Below are positions 25,001 to 34,260 of a stretch of DNA of 64,000 nt, piece after piece. Made by a program: the position numbers and the translations under genes. Source of the DNA: Amoebophrya sp. A120 (taxonomy: Eukaryota; Protista; Dinoflagellata); assembly GCA_905178155.1 (NCBI GenBank), contig CAJINV010000011.1, positions 2,947,144 to 3,011,143 of the forward strand. The letters run 5' to 3'. Numbering within the stretch: the first letter of the stretch is position 1; each line of letters starts with the position of its first letter. Below the pieces are notes generated by a model, which was given only the letters and a program-made list of their open reading frames with translations, was not told where the DNA came from and searched no databases.

Positions 25001-28000
25001 TTGACTTAAGGTAGAGCTTTCCTGTTGAGGGGGGGGATTTTTGTTGTCATGTAAAAATTCTCACATGGGCTGCTCATGTGAGTTCCTTCCTCTCTATAGC
25101 TTTTGTTGCTTTCTTTTTCCTATTCAGCAAAAAAACTCTTTTCTGGACATCGGTGCGGGTTTGATAGTAGTGCGCCACGTGATTCCGTTAGCTACTAGGA
25201 GGTAAGATGAGTCTCCTATTGCACAGACGCACCTAGCTTGGACTTCTCAAAAAATACAACTCGGTGGAGGGAACAGAAGTAAATTCCGAGAGAAACAGTC
25301 CTTGCCAGGCCTTGTAGCTAAATAGCAAGAGAAGAAAAGGAGCCCCACACACAAACCATTATGCCTATCTGATTTGTGCTCAAAGTTTTCCCTTTTTTTA
25401 CTCCTGAAAAAATTCGGAATCACGTGCCCTCGGTGTTCATGATCTCCTCGGTCTTGTACTAAGTATGGATTTGAGCCCCTGCTGAGTTTTCTTTCTTATC
25501 CCGTCCTCTTTTTGCTTTGTCTCTTATTTCTTGACCTTAGCATACTTAGAAAAAAAAAGAGGAACAGATGCTGTTTTTTATTTTTGAGAAAGAAAATAAA
25601 AGTCCTCAGGGGCATCCGGGGTGATGTTTGACCTATGCGCCAAGAAGCAGCAACATCACATCCCTTCATTTGCCCCTCAAGGTTCGTTTCTGATTAGGTT
25701 TTTTCTTTTCTTTTCTAACCAATCGAACACTTATCTAACGCAGGTAACCGCGATAAGAAACATGAGTCGATTGCATCTAATCTCCTCCTTTTCTCCTTAC
25801 TCTAAAAATCGAACCTCATCGAACCTCAAGCGTGCTCATTTTTCGTACAGAGAAACACGAACGAAGTGGCCACGAAAATCTCACAGTACTTACTGTTCAT
25901 TCGTCTACTTTAGCATTTTCATCTCGCACTATACTTCGTCTGCCGCTTGCCGAGCGAGGGCGGCAGCGGCTAACTTTCGTTTGGGGATTCTAAAGAAAGT
26001 TTGTATTGCATGACCAGCAAGAGGACTCCAGTTTGTCCTGCGCGGAGGGGACATTTCTCATGCGGTAGAGGCATCGCAAAGCCCTCGAAAAATCTGTGAT
26101 GCTAGAGCATGCATCACAGACATCATGGGTCATTCAAAATATGCATGACAAACTTGGCAATCTTCCAGACCCAGAGCCAGACATTTTTGCAGTTGATACC
26201 CAGTCCGGGCTGACAATCCTTCCCCGCGGAAACGCAGACTCCTGTACTCTTCGTCTTCCAGCCGGTAGGGCACGTGACACTGCTGCACTTTCGGCGGAGA
26301 CAAGTTGGTTCGTCGTTTATCTGAGTCCGTCGGCAGGTGGGACCAGCGCAGTGCGTGTTTTGGAATTCGAAGTCGTTCGCATCAATGTCGTTCCAGGTGC
26401 CACCATATCAAATGCAAAAGTGTCTGGGTCTGGAAGAATGCAACTTGTCATGTTAAATCTGAATCAGGCAAAAACCTGCGCTGCATGATTGCCAAAGGTT
26501 GAGCACTTTCGACCTAATCGAGAGGCAGTTTCTCAAGCAGGATAGGCATTGGAAAGGCTTCGCAGAATCTGTCATGCTAGGTCCTGCATTCCAGACCTCG
26601 TGGGTCATGGAAAACCTGCATGACAAATCTGACAATCTTCCAGACCCAGACATTTTTACAATCCATACACTAGAGTCGTGTGCTATCTGGTGGCAGGGCA
26701 TCCGACAACACCGCTGGACGCACGCAGGCTCTGCCAAACTGCACAAACCCCCAGGAACAACGGTATTATCCAAGGAAAAAACAAAAAGTGTTACGATTAC
26801 ATATTTGTTGCTACTTCAGCAACACAAATTTTCTGTGCTTTGCGATGCACAGATTGTAAGGGAAAACAGGTATGAAACGAGGCTCGGAAGCACTTTGTGC
26901 ACGACAGACCTTGTCTCCCTTGCTTGGTCTGCAACATACTTAATGCGTAACTGTACCACTTTTTTCTTTGCACAGGTATTCGGGCTGGCGTACTTTTTCC
27001 CGGACGTCGGCTCTATTTTGTCCTCGCACGCAAACTTGTTACATAGTCTCCAGGGCTCCGTGCAGCAGGTTGTTGCGCATTTCGACTTCCCCGCTGCGCC
27101 GATTTCCCCTTGGTCTGCGTCGCACCACTCCGGCCGGCCGGGCTTATCCACCATTTGCCAGTCCGAGCACGTCAGGAGATCACAGTTGTATCAAATGCAA
27201 ATATGTCTGGGTCTCGAAGATTCCGAGATTTGTCATTCAGTTTTTCCTAGCTCCCTCAAATCTGGAATGCGGGTCCCAGCATCACAGGTTCTGCAGCCCG
27301 TTCGTGATGCCTATTCTGCATGAGACATACCCTCTCAGCATGGCCAGAAGTGAGCACCTGTTGCCACTCATGCAACACAAATCTTTGTACGATCCGCAAC
27401 TCGCATCACAAGTTCGGACCCTTCCAGACCCACACCACGACCACATATTCGCATTTCATAACTTGGTGCGGCACACGAAATGGTCCCCCATCGTGGACTG
27501 CCTCTGGTGACCGAGCACGCAGGTCGCTCCGTCGCGGCACAACTTCCGCCCCGGAAAGGTGCAATGGGTGATCTCTTCACCCGGAGGAAGGCGGTTGCAG
27601 TTGGGAAACTGGCAACGACAAGGCTCCCCGTTTTCGACGGTAGAGTACTGTGGGTTCTGCTTCGAAGAGCAAAACCAGTAGTGGTACTCTTTGATGGGTG
27701 TGTCGCCTGAGAACGTGGACACGCCACCTTCTGCGGGGCAAATCGTATACACGAACTCCTCGTATTTGTGTCTCGTCGAAAGACAATCTAAGGCCAGCAC
27801 GCCCCTGTCGCGAAACGCCCGCGCCCAGCTCTTTAACGGGCCGCAAGCGGTCTGGGGCACGGGGACATAGAGATTAGAGTACGCCGACGACGCTTCTTTA
27901 CTGCGACAAATACCATTTCCATGGTCCCAAAACCATTCGTCGCCCCAGGGCTCCACGCACCACGCAAACAACTCCGCCGAACAGCCCGCGGCCCGCGGGT

Positions 28001-29777
28001 AATTTTCATGAAGCCTTTCGGCAACTCGATTTGCGTGGTTACCGAAAAAAGAGTGGTGGTCTGGATGGTCCACTCTCGGCCCGCCGTCGTAGGGGTCTCG
28101 GCATTGGTAGCGGACCTCGTCGTACGTGTCATAATTCGAACTTATTTCGTAACAATTGGTAAACAATTTACAGGACCACTCTGGTCCGGACCACACCTCG
28201 CCATCATACCCCACAACTACATACGTGGCGCAATTGGAGTTCTGCTCGCACTCATGGCGACACAGCTGCTGAGCGGCGTGCCAGTTACCGCCATCGAAAT
28301 CCTGCGTCTGAACGAAGTATCCGTATGGGGGTGGTAGTGGATTCGTGGGGGCCCCTCGGCGGCGCCGGCTACTTAGAAGCTGCGCATCTTTCGCGTAATC
28401 GACGTTCATGTCCATTTGCGGCAGCCAGGGGACGGTACCGCCGATGCCGGGCACGGCAGTGCGATCTTGAGAGGAATCCGCGCTGCTGTACACTTTCTTC
28501 GCAAACGGCTCCTTATCAAAGCAGGCTCCGTCCGCACTTTCCGTCAGCGTGCAGGCACTCGTCCAGCCGCGAGTGGCGGTGGTCCTCGCCGTCTGCTGCT
28601 GTTGGTAGCTTGTTGTTCGGCTTCCGTCACGATGAACCAGAGAACTCGCTGGTGGTCCTGTAGTTCCTGCCCGACGAAGACGACCTTCATACGCATACGC
28701 TGGCTCCTTGTGCTGGTCAGAATTTAATATTTCATGCGCCGGTGGCGGTGCCACTGGTGCTGGTCGTCGTCGTGGTGACGGAGCTGGAATATATCCAGAC
28801 CTACTGCTCGACGTCAACATCTCCGTGGCCGCAGCTCCCTCCTCCTGGTCAACATCTCTACTTCGAAGGGCCCGACCGCGCGCGGCTGCTGCGCCCACGT
28901 AATTGTTCTGGACGACGTCGACCGGGGATGAAGATGAGCTGGGAGTTGTTGTTGTTCTTGTTGTTGTCCTCGCCGCTGACACTGCCCTCGTTCGCAGCCT
29001 GGCGCTTTCGCCGCTTCCTTCTCGTTCACCTTCGGATTGTTCACGGGATGCTGCTTTGGCACGAGGAACACGAGGAAGTTCCTCGTCTTCCTCGGCGCTT
29101 GTAGTTTCGCTTTCCTCCTCTTGCATGTTGATGTCCATGTGGTAGCGAGACCGAGCAGTGTGGCGCAGTTTACTTCTCTGTTCCTTTATTTTCCGTGGTC
29201 GGAGAGCATGATCGTCTTCGTCTTCTCCGACCGCAGATGCATATAATTTGCGATACTCCTCCTCCTGGGCTGCTCGTCCAGTTGCGACGACCACTTGCAC
29301 CAGCCCATAGCGAGTATTTTCAAAAAGCGCGAAGCTCCGTAAATGCACCGCGGATGATGATGAAGCAATAAACGTCAGAAGCTGCAAACAAAAGAACAAA
29401 GAAAGAAGCGCCGCGAGGGTTGTTCTTGTTCTTGTTGTACCACCCTGATGTACTAGAAGCGCATTCGGAGGTCCTCCTCGCGACGTCCAAAGCATTTTTC
29501 TACTTCCAAGAAAGACGCTCTCCTGCATCTGCTTCCACCTCTTGCACCCCCTTCTGCGTGTTTTTGTCCTGCTGCGGAAAAGCCATGAAGATGGACCTGC
29601 TGCTGTGCCACGCTGATGATGGGAGCAGGACGACAGCCTCGCTTCGTGCTCAGTCCCGGCCTCCGCACCTTTATTTTTTATCTTAAACCGACACAACATG
29701 ATGGACCTTGTGGATGCCATTTTAGTTCTTGTGACCGCCGGTGCTGTTCTCGGTCTGCGAGTCTGCGAAAGCAGCAT
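4080..29777 (-). CDS. Giant multi-exon Cys-rich putative type I membrane/adhesin protein with PAN/apple-like domains
   Basis: ORF pieces join in frame after removing the introners and several GT-AG introns (e.g. 5265-5527, 7315-7638). N-terminal hydrophobic segment TLAALLSLFFCLQLLTFIA; PAN-like ECLLLCAQESTCNWFVH..KCWLKK and LCRHECEQNSNCATY..CKLF; repeated TTVC..C..C..D..TCC modules; C-terminal TM GLGLLVLFVLFGCTFLFVC. Junctions near 8500-9040, 12140-12360 and 14580-14915 are unresolved. Confidence 0.75.
5953..6137. mobile_element. Introner family A
   Basis: TATGGCG..GTTACAT / ATGTAAC..GGCCATA TIR; DR gaaga/aaaga; join gives TLIF-KGSK. Confidence 0.85.
6174..6497. mobile_element. Introner family B
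   Basis: TIR TATCAA..GAAAAATCCCCCCTCCCCATAT; DR gcccc; frame restored. Confidence 0.9.
6676..6834. mobile_element. Introner family G
   Basis: TAT..GTATCGTAC / GTACGAT..ATA; DR ccgaa; join SLIR-KEGV. Confidence 0.85.
7348..7630. mobile_element. Degenerate family D introner inside a putative GT-AG intron (7315-7638)
   Basis: Left end resembles the 13389 element; right TIR and DR are decayed. Confidence 0.55.
9118..9536. mobile_element. Introner family A carrying a nested poly(A) retroposon
   Basis: Family A TIRs; DR atctt/ctctt; 241 bp after removing the nested insert and one TSD copy. Confidence 0.85.
9173..9334 (-). mobile_element. 162-bp poly(A)-tailed retroposed insert (SINE-like or truncated LINE end)
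   Basis: T16 at 9173-9188; TSD GATTTGTCATGCAAAA at 9157-9172 and 9335-9350. Confidence 0.85.
9746..9991. mobile_element. Introner family A
   Basis: TIRs; DR ctgcc; join EIWQ-VSEA. Confidence 0.9.
10157..10426. mobile_element. Introner family C
   Basis: TIR TAT..TGCAA..TGTCTGGGT; DR acccg; join TRRR-VCPF. Confidence 0.9.
10490..11034. mobile_element. Introner family F with a family E element nested in its terminus
   Basis: TATTAC..GAAAA TIR; DR aacag (10485-10489, 11035-11039); join VGDC-SDFD. Confidence 0.85.
10494..10704. mobile_element. Introner family E (nested)
   Basis: TIR TATC..GAAAAAAGTGTTACAG; DR gtatt. Confidence 0.85.
11238..11572. mobile_element. Introner family F
   Basis: TATTACAATGAAAAATG TIR; DR tcgag; join FCLS-NECD. 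Confidence 0.9.
12423..12665. mobile_element. Introner family A
   Basis: TIRs; DR ttaga. Confidence 0.9.
12768..12913. mobile_element. Introner family G
   Basis: TIR ..GTGCAAAA..GTATCGTAC; DR agacg; join ESGV-CESN. Confidence 0.85.
13163..13350. mobile_element. Introner family G
   Basis: TIRs; DR ctggt; join RPDQ-TGLA. Confidence 0.9.
13389..14247. mobile_element. Introner family D with about 520 bp of extra internal sequence
   Basis: TIR TATCCTG..AAAAACGTCCCC; DR gccgc; join RKSG-ITWE. Confidence 0.9.
15122..15407. mobile_element. Introner family D
   Basis: TIRs; DR acgag; join TCLV-ARCR. Confidence 0.9.
15927..16252. mobile_element. Introner family B
   Basis: TIRs; DR ggcgg/ggtgg; join WAPPH-PNDF. 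Confidence 0.9.
16332..16548. mobile_element. Introner family H
   Basis: TIR TATGA..GTGCACAACTCCCCCTC; DR gttag; join YGYLT-LTPW. Confidence 0.9.
16726..17047. mobile_element. Introner family B
   Basis: TIRs; DR tggtg; join ERCT-RRAN. Confidence 0.9.
17174..25984 (-). mobile_element. Apparently full-length non-LTR retrotransposon (APE-RT-RNase H, I-group/Ingi-like)
   Basis: T18 tail at 17174-17191; TSD GGATTCTA(C/A)AGAAAG at 17159-17173 and 25985-25999; single long ORF; ~1-kb 5' and ~1.9-kb 3' flanks. Confidence 0.93.
19102..24975 (-). CDS. LINE polyprotein: N-terminal Zn fingers, AP endonuclease, reverse transcriptase, RNase H, C-terminal Cys/His motif
   Basis: APE GTFNTQ/GLQETH/GDFNA/SDH; RT SPGYD, YRPVSLLS, GVPQGSPLS, YSDD; RNH ADGS, AE, YSD, WRPGH..N..VD; CTLC..HLLCKC. 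First ATG at 24852. Confidence 0.95.
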   Translation of the reverse strand: MACEKQLCTRLAEQNTTSRVALKVVKKFLARPLGRNKHFHIMKSAKLDTGRAEADENDDELCRTARDDLGLNLENEEEEGGSQRGLDDLAAENRVRGQNQDHQDRGHDGNRKEYLLPPLEDDDGGERENGGRASESNLGRNPALQDSRRQEEDQRNDSGQNGGHQHAGSGNLEEDVRQEYDEHFLVHAWVYQEGMEDDKELQKKVAELGHEQKQTKMKRWHVCGGCLHAVTAENQLAKHLTRCKKSHPERRSSMTDCDRMSNPIEITRMTEGENILKPWQKTKTRLVMRNGTRTKLTWIVPNYDDMHDRNKHKVGKYVCLLCGVTNSDDAEQMDKHRLCCRKTVGKLLQNMADGKGTEWQCPECSIYAANDGHARRGVHKLQDRISTGKYTSEDAEALVAAGLEYENVFRMTSKKHKKKTLLEKVVVGTFNTQALNDKSGAKAFVLKMLKDKKIGIEILGLQETHMDDILDEEFIAQVLDLGFHVIICKQKTRKTLRGCSALLVRSCFDFVGVTAAEDKNAVETSGALLRAGGYTFEVLNFYAQSNALKGEMLSENAAIMLGDFNARSPAWDANARQENPNGSILKRWLHMNNHKDTFQVVNDRNVFTRTPKDDRKTSPDVIIINKKDFKSEEENSHAIQATCSDHNFVYASLNFSTEVQEAVECDVVDEDGGEFFCDMEPRFEPRFQFETGTRIEDMCWTTECSNMLEVAMHDSKFLKAGWSELNEDDAQAELKAFRDNLLQAAMMTIPHTQKDRNAIPNEAKRQKKEGPGAARDNGNSEDVAERVEGGGGVAATQDGDKEEGQKESSSDKKLLSGTKTTGASQRNQVQNREQRGTTAKAPARESGHELLQEDARDLSMSAIFGDGALQQAASSSAAGSRLASMEPSMKISLEQDDSEKSEDDDTAGKLEVDENEVEEKNSLDVKSPRTLWKEINRRRGRRTWRTSAFPRAMIKREKRREYVERVTGNDPGSNAAADKAIKKEKLTNKPLPSETTTDRKTIVNMFHALYKQRPKKVYADEKLKFPHDQNYIDKLREEVRNSAKRRASLGVFRELTKLEFRAAVNKMEKEKSPGYDHIPHELIKALKDENEEILFRLFYILIKYDAFPAIGNLVNIAPAQKTTNLPYAEQLYRPVSLLSVFSKLCEIIIDRRFSLYLEGFRWEGNTLKHRDEVNKLPVTSLAYRKGFSKEDSAIRIIDFLFAKLIIGSENGGWWDNDEDKFVGLADNICGFDVCDHQTMLMTNLYLGIPLDLFGVVTQWLSGRTAKIREGDRCWHLVPGVPQGSPLSGGVFNAHHIPMLRMLERLNKGNAVVIQYSDDNCQAGYARNLATNRKNLVSQARSYYIFFETDKSEVVLYKRGFEDRRVEAARSLGFLYDGAWTFESMYEKIMEDMLREARVATGLKSLRPSKKCDVFEALCYSALASNGSPMYPYFTEANKVQLEKLVAKHLKFLLNLPKTTPTSALYEAAGLARPHLLFLVENLMHFYKGAARGSWPLDGETVDHPAVLGMIDAVDSNPIASTPVKFAWTTFFRTISQRKLPEIHAALKSQPLNLTRKEWTGFKISVKTMDDIGRESGYAKLSSMKDSSELSRARLAIAVKQEYEIRKRLRNIDELIMCADGSVSEAENTGGCGGATFWYAKECENMPDDPTDPVSGIAGVEPLCVSTAIVTSPLPFLKVDSFDAECFAQVRQLRKTTEVCVSTGLRRLIKKLGMYSDPNSILEAFANYDDSSSHQIYLIAQEIELLREACMNKVPSFDMHDISTRTIAPEREFEVDMRWRPGHSRLYFNDAVDAIASAAILRYKKARQLGLEAYAFKKIITPTILRRLLESSTSDWWGPDDFSTCAPVLLKRAKKLGPFRPKSGALPSRLLEVVYYYFWRGAFPEGMAAAGLYEYEEGIYYQKCTLCNTKSTCHATHLLCKCEKLEDCRTEIFGLPRIPEEEEVMMLKNPKKIFSYLL
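26406..26667. mobile_element. Introner family C
   Basis: TIRs; DR cacca/cacta; join HDSS-GTWN. Confidence 0.9.
26767..26974. mobile_element. Introner family E
   Basis: TIRs; DR ggtat; join SPNT-VVPG. Confidence 0.9.
27189..27460. mobile_element. Introner family C
   Basis: TIRs; DR agttg/acttg; join CRTK-CDLL. Confidence 0.85.
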
Positions 29778-29975
29778 AAAACTACCTCAAGCTGATGTTG
29801 CGGTAGAGTACTAAACGGCAGACATGTTCATCATTCATCGACAAGGACACCGACACCTATTTGTTTTTCGGCTCTGTGGGATCAAAATCTTTTATCCACA
29901 CAAAATAACTAAGTGTTACGACAGCGGGTAAAGGCCGCGGCTGCACAGCAAACGACTTTCGACTGAAACACGACA

Positions 29976-31430
29976 AGGAGGAGGAGGATCCTTCACACCT
30001 GGATTTAGCTATACATTGAAGGCCCTAAAATATCCACCTTCTCGCCCATCTTTTCAAATTTTGGCCAGTTGATTGCTCGGCGCCCTCGCCGCTTATCGCG
30101 TAGCGCCTCTTCGATGGCGGCTGCGCGTCCGCCTTTGCAAACGCGCCAAGCCGGGCTGTTCTATTTCTTCCCCGTGGCCCGGGGCAGAAACGCAAGCCAA
30201 ACACCCCAAAGAGAAAAGCCACCCAAACGAACCTCCCAATCATATGAGGCCATGGACCCTGAGCGCGCCTCTGCTTGCGCAGGTAAGGAAAGGCGCCCGG
30301 CAATAGCGACAAACGCGGAAAATGCCCCTGGCCAATTTACCTTCGACAAGGCGCAGCCAAGCGAAAGGCTGCGCCTCCCCTCTTAACTTATCAGCCCCGG
30401 CCTGGCTTGGGCCTGATTCGGAAACAACGCCCGGCGCATCTTCTGCGCAGCTTCCCAAACCCCTAGCGGTTCAGGACTTGGCGCGCGCCCAATAAAATGA
30501 GGACAGGCGGCGTAGGCTGGGAAACTCGGACAAGCCAACTGGAATGGGAGGTCTCGGGAGAATAGGGAGGCGCGCACAGACCACAGCTGTCCGAGAAGCC
30601 AAAGGGATCGGCAGATCCGGGAGACCTGAGGAGCGAGCAACCCCTGACGAGGTGGCTCGTGTTTCATGGCGCAACCTTTTCAAATGTGGACACGGCTGAA
30701 GCGGGGAAATATGCCTCGGGGCGCATCTATTCAAATCTGAAAAGCAACAGACGAAAAAGCTGCTGTGCTCTCCTGTGCTTTCAAAATTCGCAAACTTGCT
30801 GAGGGGGCATCTTCGCAATCTTCGGAGCCACAAAAGAGGCAAACAAAGAAACAGGTGTCGCCAGAGGCACGGCTTTGCTTACCATCTGGCGACCCGCCAG
30901 CTGGAGCGCAAGTTAAAGCCTTGGACTCTCGTCAGCAATTCTCTGTCTAGGTTCATCAAAGGGGTTGCCAAAAAGGTTTATCAAAATCCACCATACCGTG
31001 GGGACTAGCTTAAGTTAATGAGCTCTTTTTTAACCTCATCGAAGCGGTTGTCAAAAAGGTTGTCAAATTTTGAAAAGATGCTGAAGGAAACATCTTTTCA
31101 AAATTTGACAACCTCAACAAAGCAACTGCTTGCATTGTTGAGGTTGTCAAATTTTGAAAAGATGTTTCCTTCAGCATCTTTTCAAAATTTGGAAAGTGAG
31201 CAGCCACTTATCAAAATTTGAAAAGATGCAGAAAGAGCATCTTTTCAAAATTTGATATTTCCGCTGTTCGGGTTGTCAAATTTTGAAAAGATGTTTCCTG
31301 CAGCATCTTTTCAAAATTTGGAAAGTGAGCAGCCACTTATCAAAATTTGAAAAGATGCAGAAAGAGCATCTTTTCAAAATTTGATAGCTTGCAAAGTTGA
31401 AAAGATGAGCACAGCAGGATACTTCCAGTG
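29976..31430. mobile_element. Putative ~1.45-kb intergenic insertion between 26-bp direct repeats
   Basis: AAACGA(C/T)TTTCGACTGAAACACGACA at 29950-29975 and 31431-31456. Confidence 0.5.
31057..31390. repeat. Compound palindrome/tandem array built from TTTGAAAAGATG..CATCTTTTCAAA hairpins
   Basis: Perfect 24-bp stem 31057-31080/31091-31114; ~129-bp tandem duplication at 31142 and 31271. Confidence 0.9.
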
Positions 31431-31759
31431 AAACGATTTTCGACTGAAACACGACATGCAGAGAAACGCCACCAGATGGCAAGTATTCGACCTCGTTTGC
31501 GGGCCTCGTCCTCTTTTTTTAGTACTTCTCTTTCTTTTTCCGACGTCAGTCTTCATTGTTCTTTTAGTAAGTACAAATGTCAGAAAGACAATTGGTTTTT
31601 GCGATGCGTCCCAGGAAGACGTTTTGCCCTTCCAGCACTGCAGTTCTGCTCCAAAAATGATGTACTATTCTGCACCCATTCGTCACTGAGAAATTGAAAT
31701 CAACTCGCCTGAATAGAATATTTTGAGCAGCAGTCTTCTGTGTAAAATGAAGTTTATCG

Positions 31760-33482
31760 TTATCCTCTTTCCCTCGCGACATGGCTTGCAATGCCACGTT
31801 CCAGCGCGTGCAGCAGCTCTCTCATGCGTCCGATCGGATCCACTACTGGGCGGCAGGCCTATAAAAGTGCACAAGAACTCCCCCTCCACGTCATTTGTGT
31901 TGCATGCACAGCAATACAAACACCAGCGCACATGGATCCTATGCATGACAAATTCATGTACCTGATGTAGTACTGTTTGGGCTTCCGAAATTTATTGTCA
32001 TGCATATAATAGTGACACAAGGAAGCAACTGGATAAGATATGGATTTGGGATTTTGCACGAGAAATGAGAACGAGCGGGAGTTCTTGTGCACTGTGATAA
32101 GGCCTGTACGTAGTGCAAGACCTTTTCCGACAGTTCCGGTTTGAAAATATTCTGTGCTGGGTTTATTTCTATTTCATCTTGGTGCAGTTCGACAACTACA
32201 CTTCTTCCTGGTGTTCTTTCGGTTTGCTCTTTTTGTTTTTCCACCGTAAAGGCCCCTGCCGTGCGGACGGAAAGCTCAATCGCCTTGGTCGTACCAGTAT
32301 CGTGGTCCACCATTGGAAAGATTTTTCGCTGGGTAGTAGTTTCTATTCCACCACGACCACCTGCTGCAACATGTTCATCATGTTCCCCGGCAAGAGCCAA
32401 TTTTTGCACGCAGTTCCAGATGCAGTACGCCACCCCAGTGCAGCCCGCACGGTGCGCCCCGGCGAGGCAGTGGATCAAAACCGAGTTTCCAGCGGCGATT
32501 TATCGATCCTACAGAGGGGTACTTACTACACCCATAGAAGAAAAAAAAAACAGTCTGTTTTCTCACTGAAGGCTGAGTGGTGCGGAGAGGACCATGATGA
32601 GACAGGCAATTTTCTGTCATGCGCAAAAATGCGGTTTAGCCATAAGTGCCTAGGCGTAACAAAGCAGGTTGAAAGCAGCAGATGAGCGCAACCCAGTAGG
32701 ACACTGAAACGGACCGTAAGAACACAAATTTATTTTTTTTCGCGTATGGATCATGTTGTACTTTTCTGTAGGATACGAGTTCCTGGTCGATGAACCGGAA
32801 CACGGGCTGGAAGAACTGAAAAGCCTTGTCCCCTGCTTATCCACTGCAAAATTGTCTAGGTCGGGACTTGTGATGCGTACTGCGCGACATCAAGCAGAAA
32901 ACTGCGTTCGTTGCATCATTGCCAACTAAAGCTGCTCACTTCTTGTTCGGGCAACTTGCTAGGACGTCGAAGTTTCTACTCATGCGGAATCGGGCCTATT
33001 CAAAAATTCAATTGGCATTGTAAAGACCTCGTAAAGTCTGTGACACTTCTCCTGCCTCCTGCATTCGAGGCCTCAAGGGGGACGGGGAGGGGCACCATGG
33101 AGAACCTGCATGACAAAGAAACCTCGCATCAAAACAATCTACTTCCAGACCGAGACACATGTACATTCCACACTGCCCTCTCCTCGACGATATCGTCCAC
33201 GTCGTGAAAGGCCGAAACGTCAAACCGGTAATACTGGAAAAACGGATCGTGCTCGAAAAAGTTGCGGCCCCGGCTGCCCTGGCAATTGACGATCCGCGAG
33301 ATTTTCTTTGCTTTCAGCAGCGGCTCGCTTTTGGCCGCGCGCTCGCTGCCGATGAACACCGTGGCCCCCGTGTCCGGGTGCCGCAAAATTGGGTCGGCCA
33401 GGTTCGCAGCCGCGGCATCGCGGACCAATTGCGCACCCAGGGACTCATACGTCAGGTTGCTAGTACTTATTTGCGACGTCAT
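31760..33482 (-). CDS. Dual-specificity protein phosphatase (4 exons)
   Basis: VFIGS..AK..L....I..IVNC, FIDQELAAGNSVLIHCLAGAHR (HCx5R) and YVQACRPVVDP assemble after removing three introners. Confidence 0.9.
31860..32099. mobile_element. Introner family H
   Basis: TIRs; DR aggcc; join YVQA-CRPV. Confidence 0.9.
32501..32775. mobile_element. Introner (singleton, TATC..CTACAGA ends)
   Basis: DR cgatt/cgagt; join DQEL-AAGNSVLIHC. Confidence 0.85.
32838..33172. mobile_element. Introner family C (diverged)
   Basis: DR ctgct/ctgcc; join EERA-GDKAFQFF. Confidence 0.85.
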
Positions 33483-34260
33483 ACTTTTTTACATCAGTAC
33501 CGATGGCAATATAGTGGTCAAAGCCTCAGCCTTTTTGTACCAACACGGAAAACAACAAGAATGCTGTGAAGTGCTCGGTTGTTTGGTTTTGCGTCATTAT
33601 CCTGAGCCTGCTGAACTTGGACCTGATCGCGTACATCGACATGTTATCGGCATAGGTACTTACTTGATATTCTTACACACTGATCGTGCATTTTTCAACA
33701 GGGAGAAGACGTGCCTGATGAGGAAAGGTGCAAGGACTCAAAATCTAAGACATCGACATCGATCTACCTTGGTGACATTGGACTACACACCTTGAAGATC
33801 AATGAATGCTACCGCAGGCGGCACCAGAAACCGATGAAATCACGACACTGATCGATCCGCCACTCGTTTTGAAGTACGTACCCAGTGTTCGTGTGCAACG
33901 TCTAGTACTTAACTTAACCATGGAAATAAGGCAATAAATGATGCAGCCGCGATGGCTGAAGTCCATTTTGTTCCTGCAGCCCGCTCTTTACTTTTGATGT
34001 TGGCTCCGTCAGATCGATCTTCAGTGCTTCTGGCCGGACTAGTTTCAGTGCGAAGGGTTGTAACCACCTTAAAGGAGCGAACAAACAGGAGGTGGAACAA
34101 GGCACTAGGCATCAAACATGCGGGCGGACAACTACGTGTCGATTGGGGAACGCAATAGCTTCAGCAGCGAGCATTTTATTCTAACTATACAGGATCGACA
34201 TGATCGCAAATCTATCAGCTCTGTTCCACTTGCAGGAGTTTCTGTTCATCTTCCCAACCT

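Larger units (their letters stand above)
17103..26198. mobile_element. Introner family C split by an 8.8-kb LINE
   Basis: Left part 17103-17173 and right part 26000-26198 rebuild a ~270-bp family C element; DR tccgg/cccag (2 mismatches); join DCQPGL-(G/D)QSHMDDLGACC is in frame. Confidence 0.85.

Noticed and set aside
25940-25984. HDV-like ribozyme at the LINE 5' end
   Set aside because: Only a simple GC hairpin is visible; no P2/P4 pseudoknot could be drawn.
26499-27323. Plus-strand ORFs such as 26499..27323, 5556..6428 and 39692..40660
   Set aside because: Antisense shadows of exons and introners with no protein features.
31057-31390. CRISPR-like array
   Set aside because: The spacers are themselves duplicated or inverted, there are no cas genes, and the context is eukaryotic.
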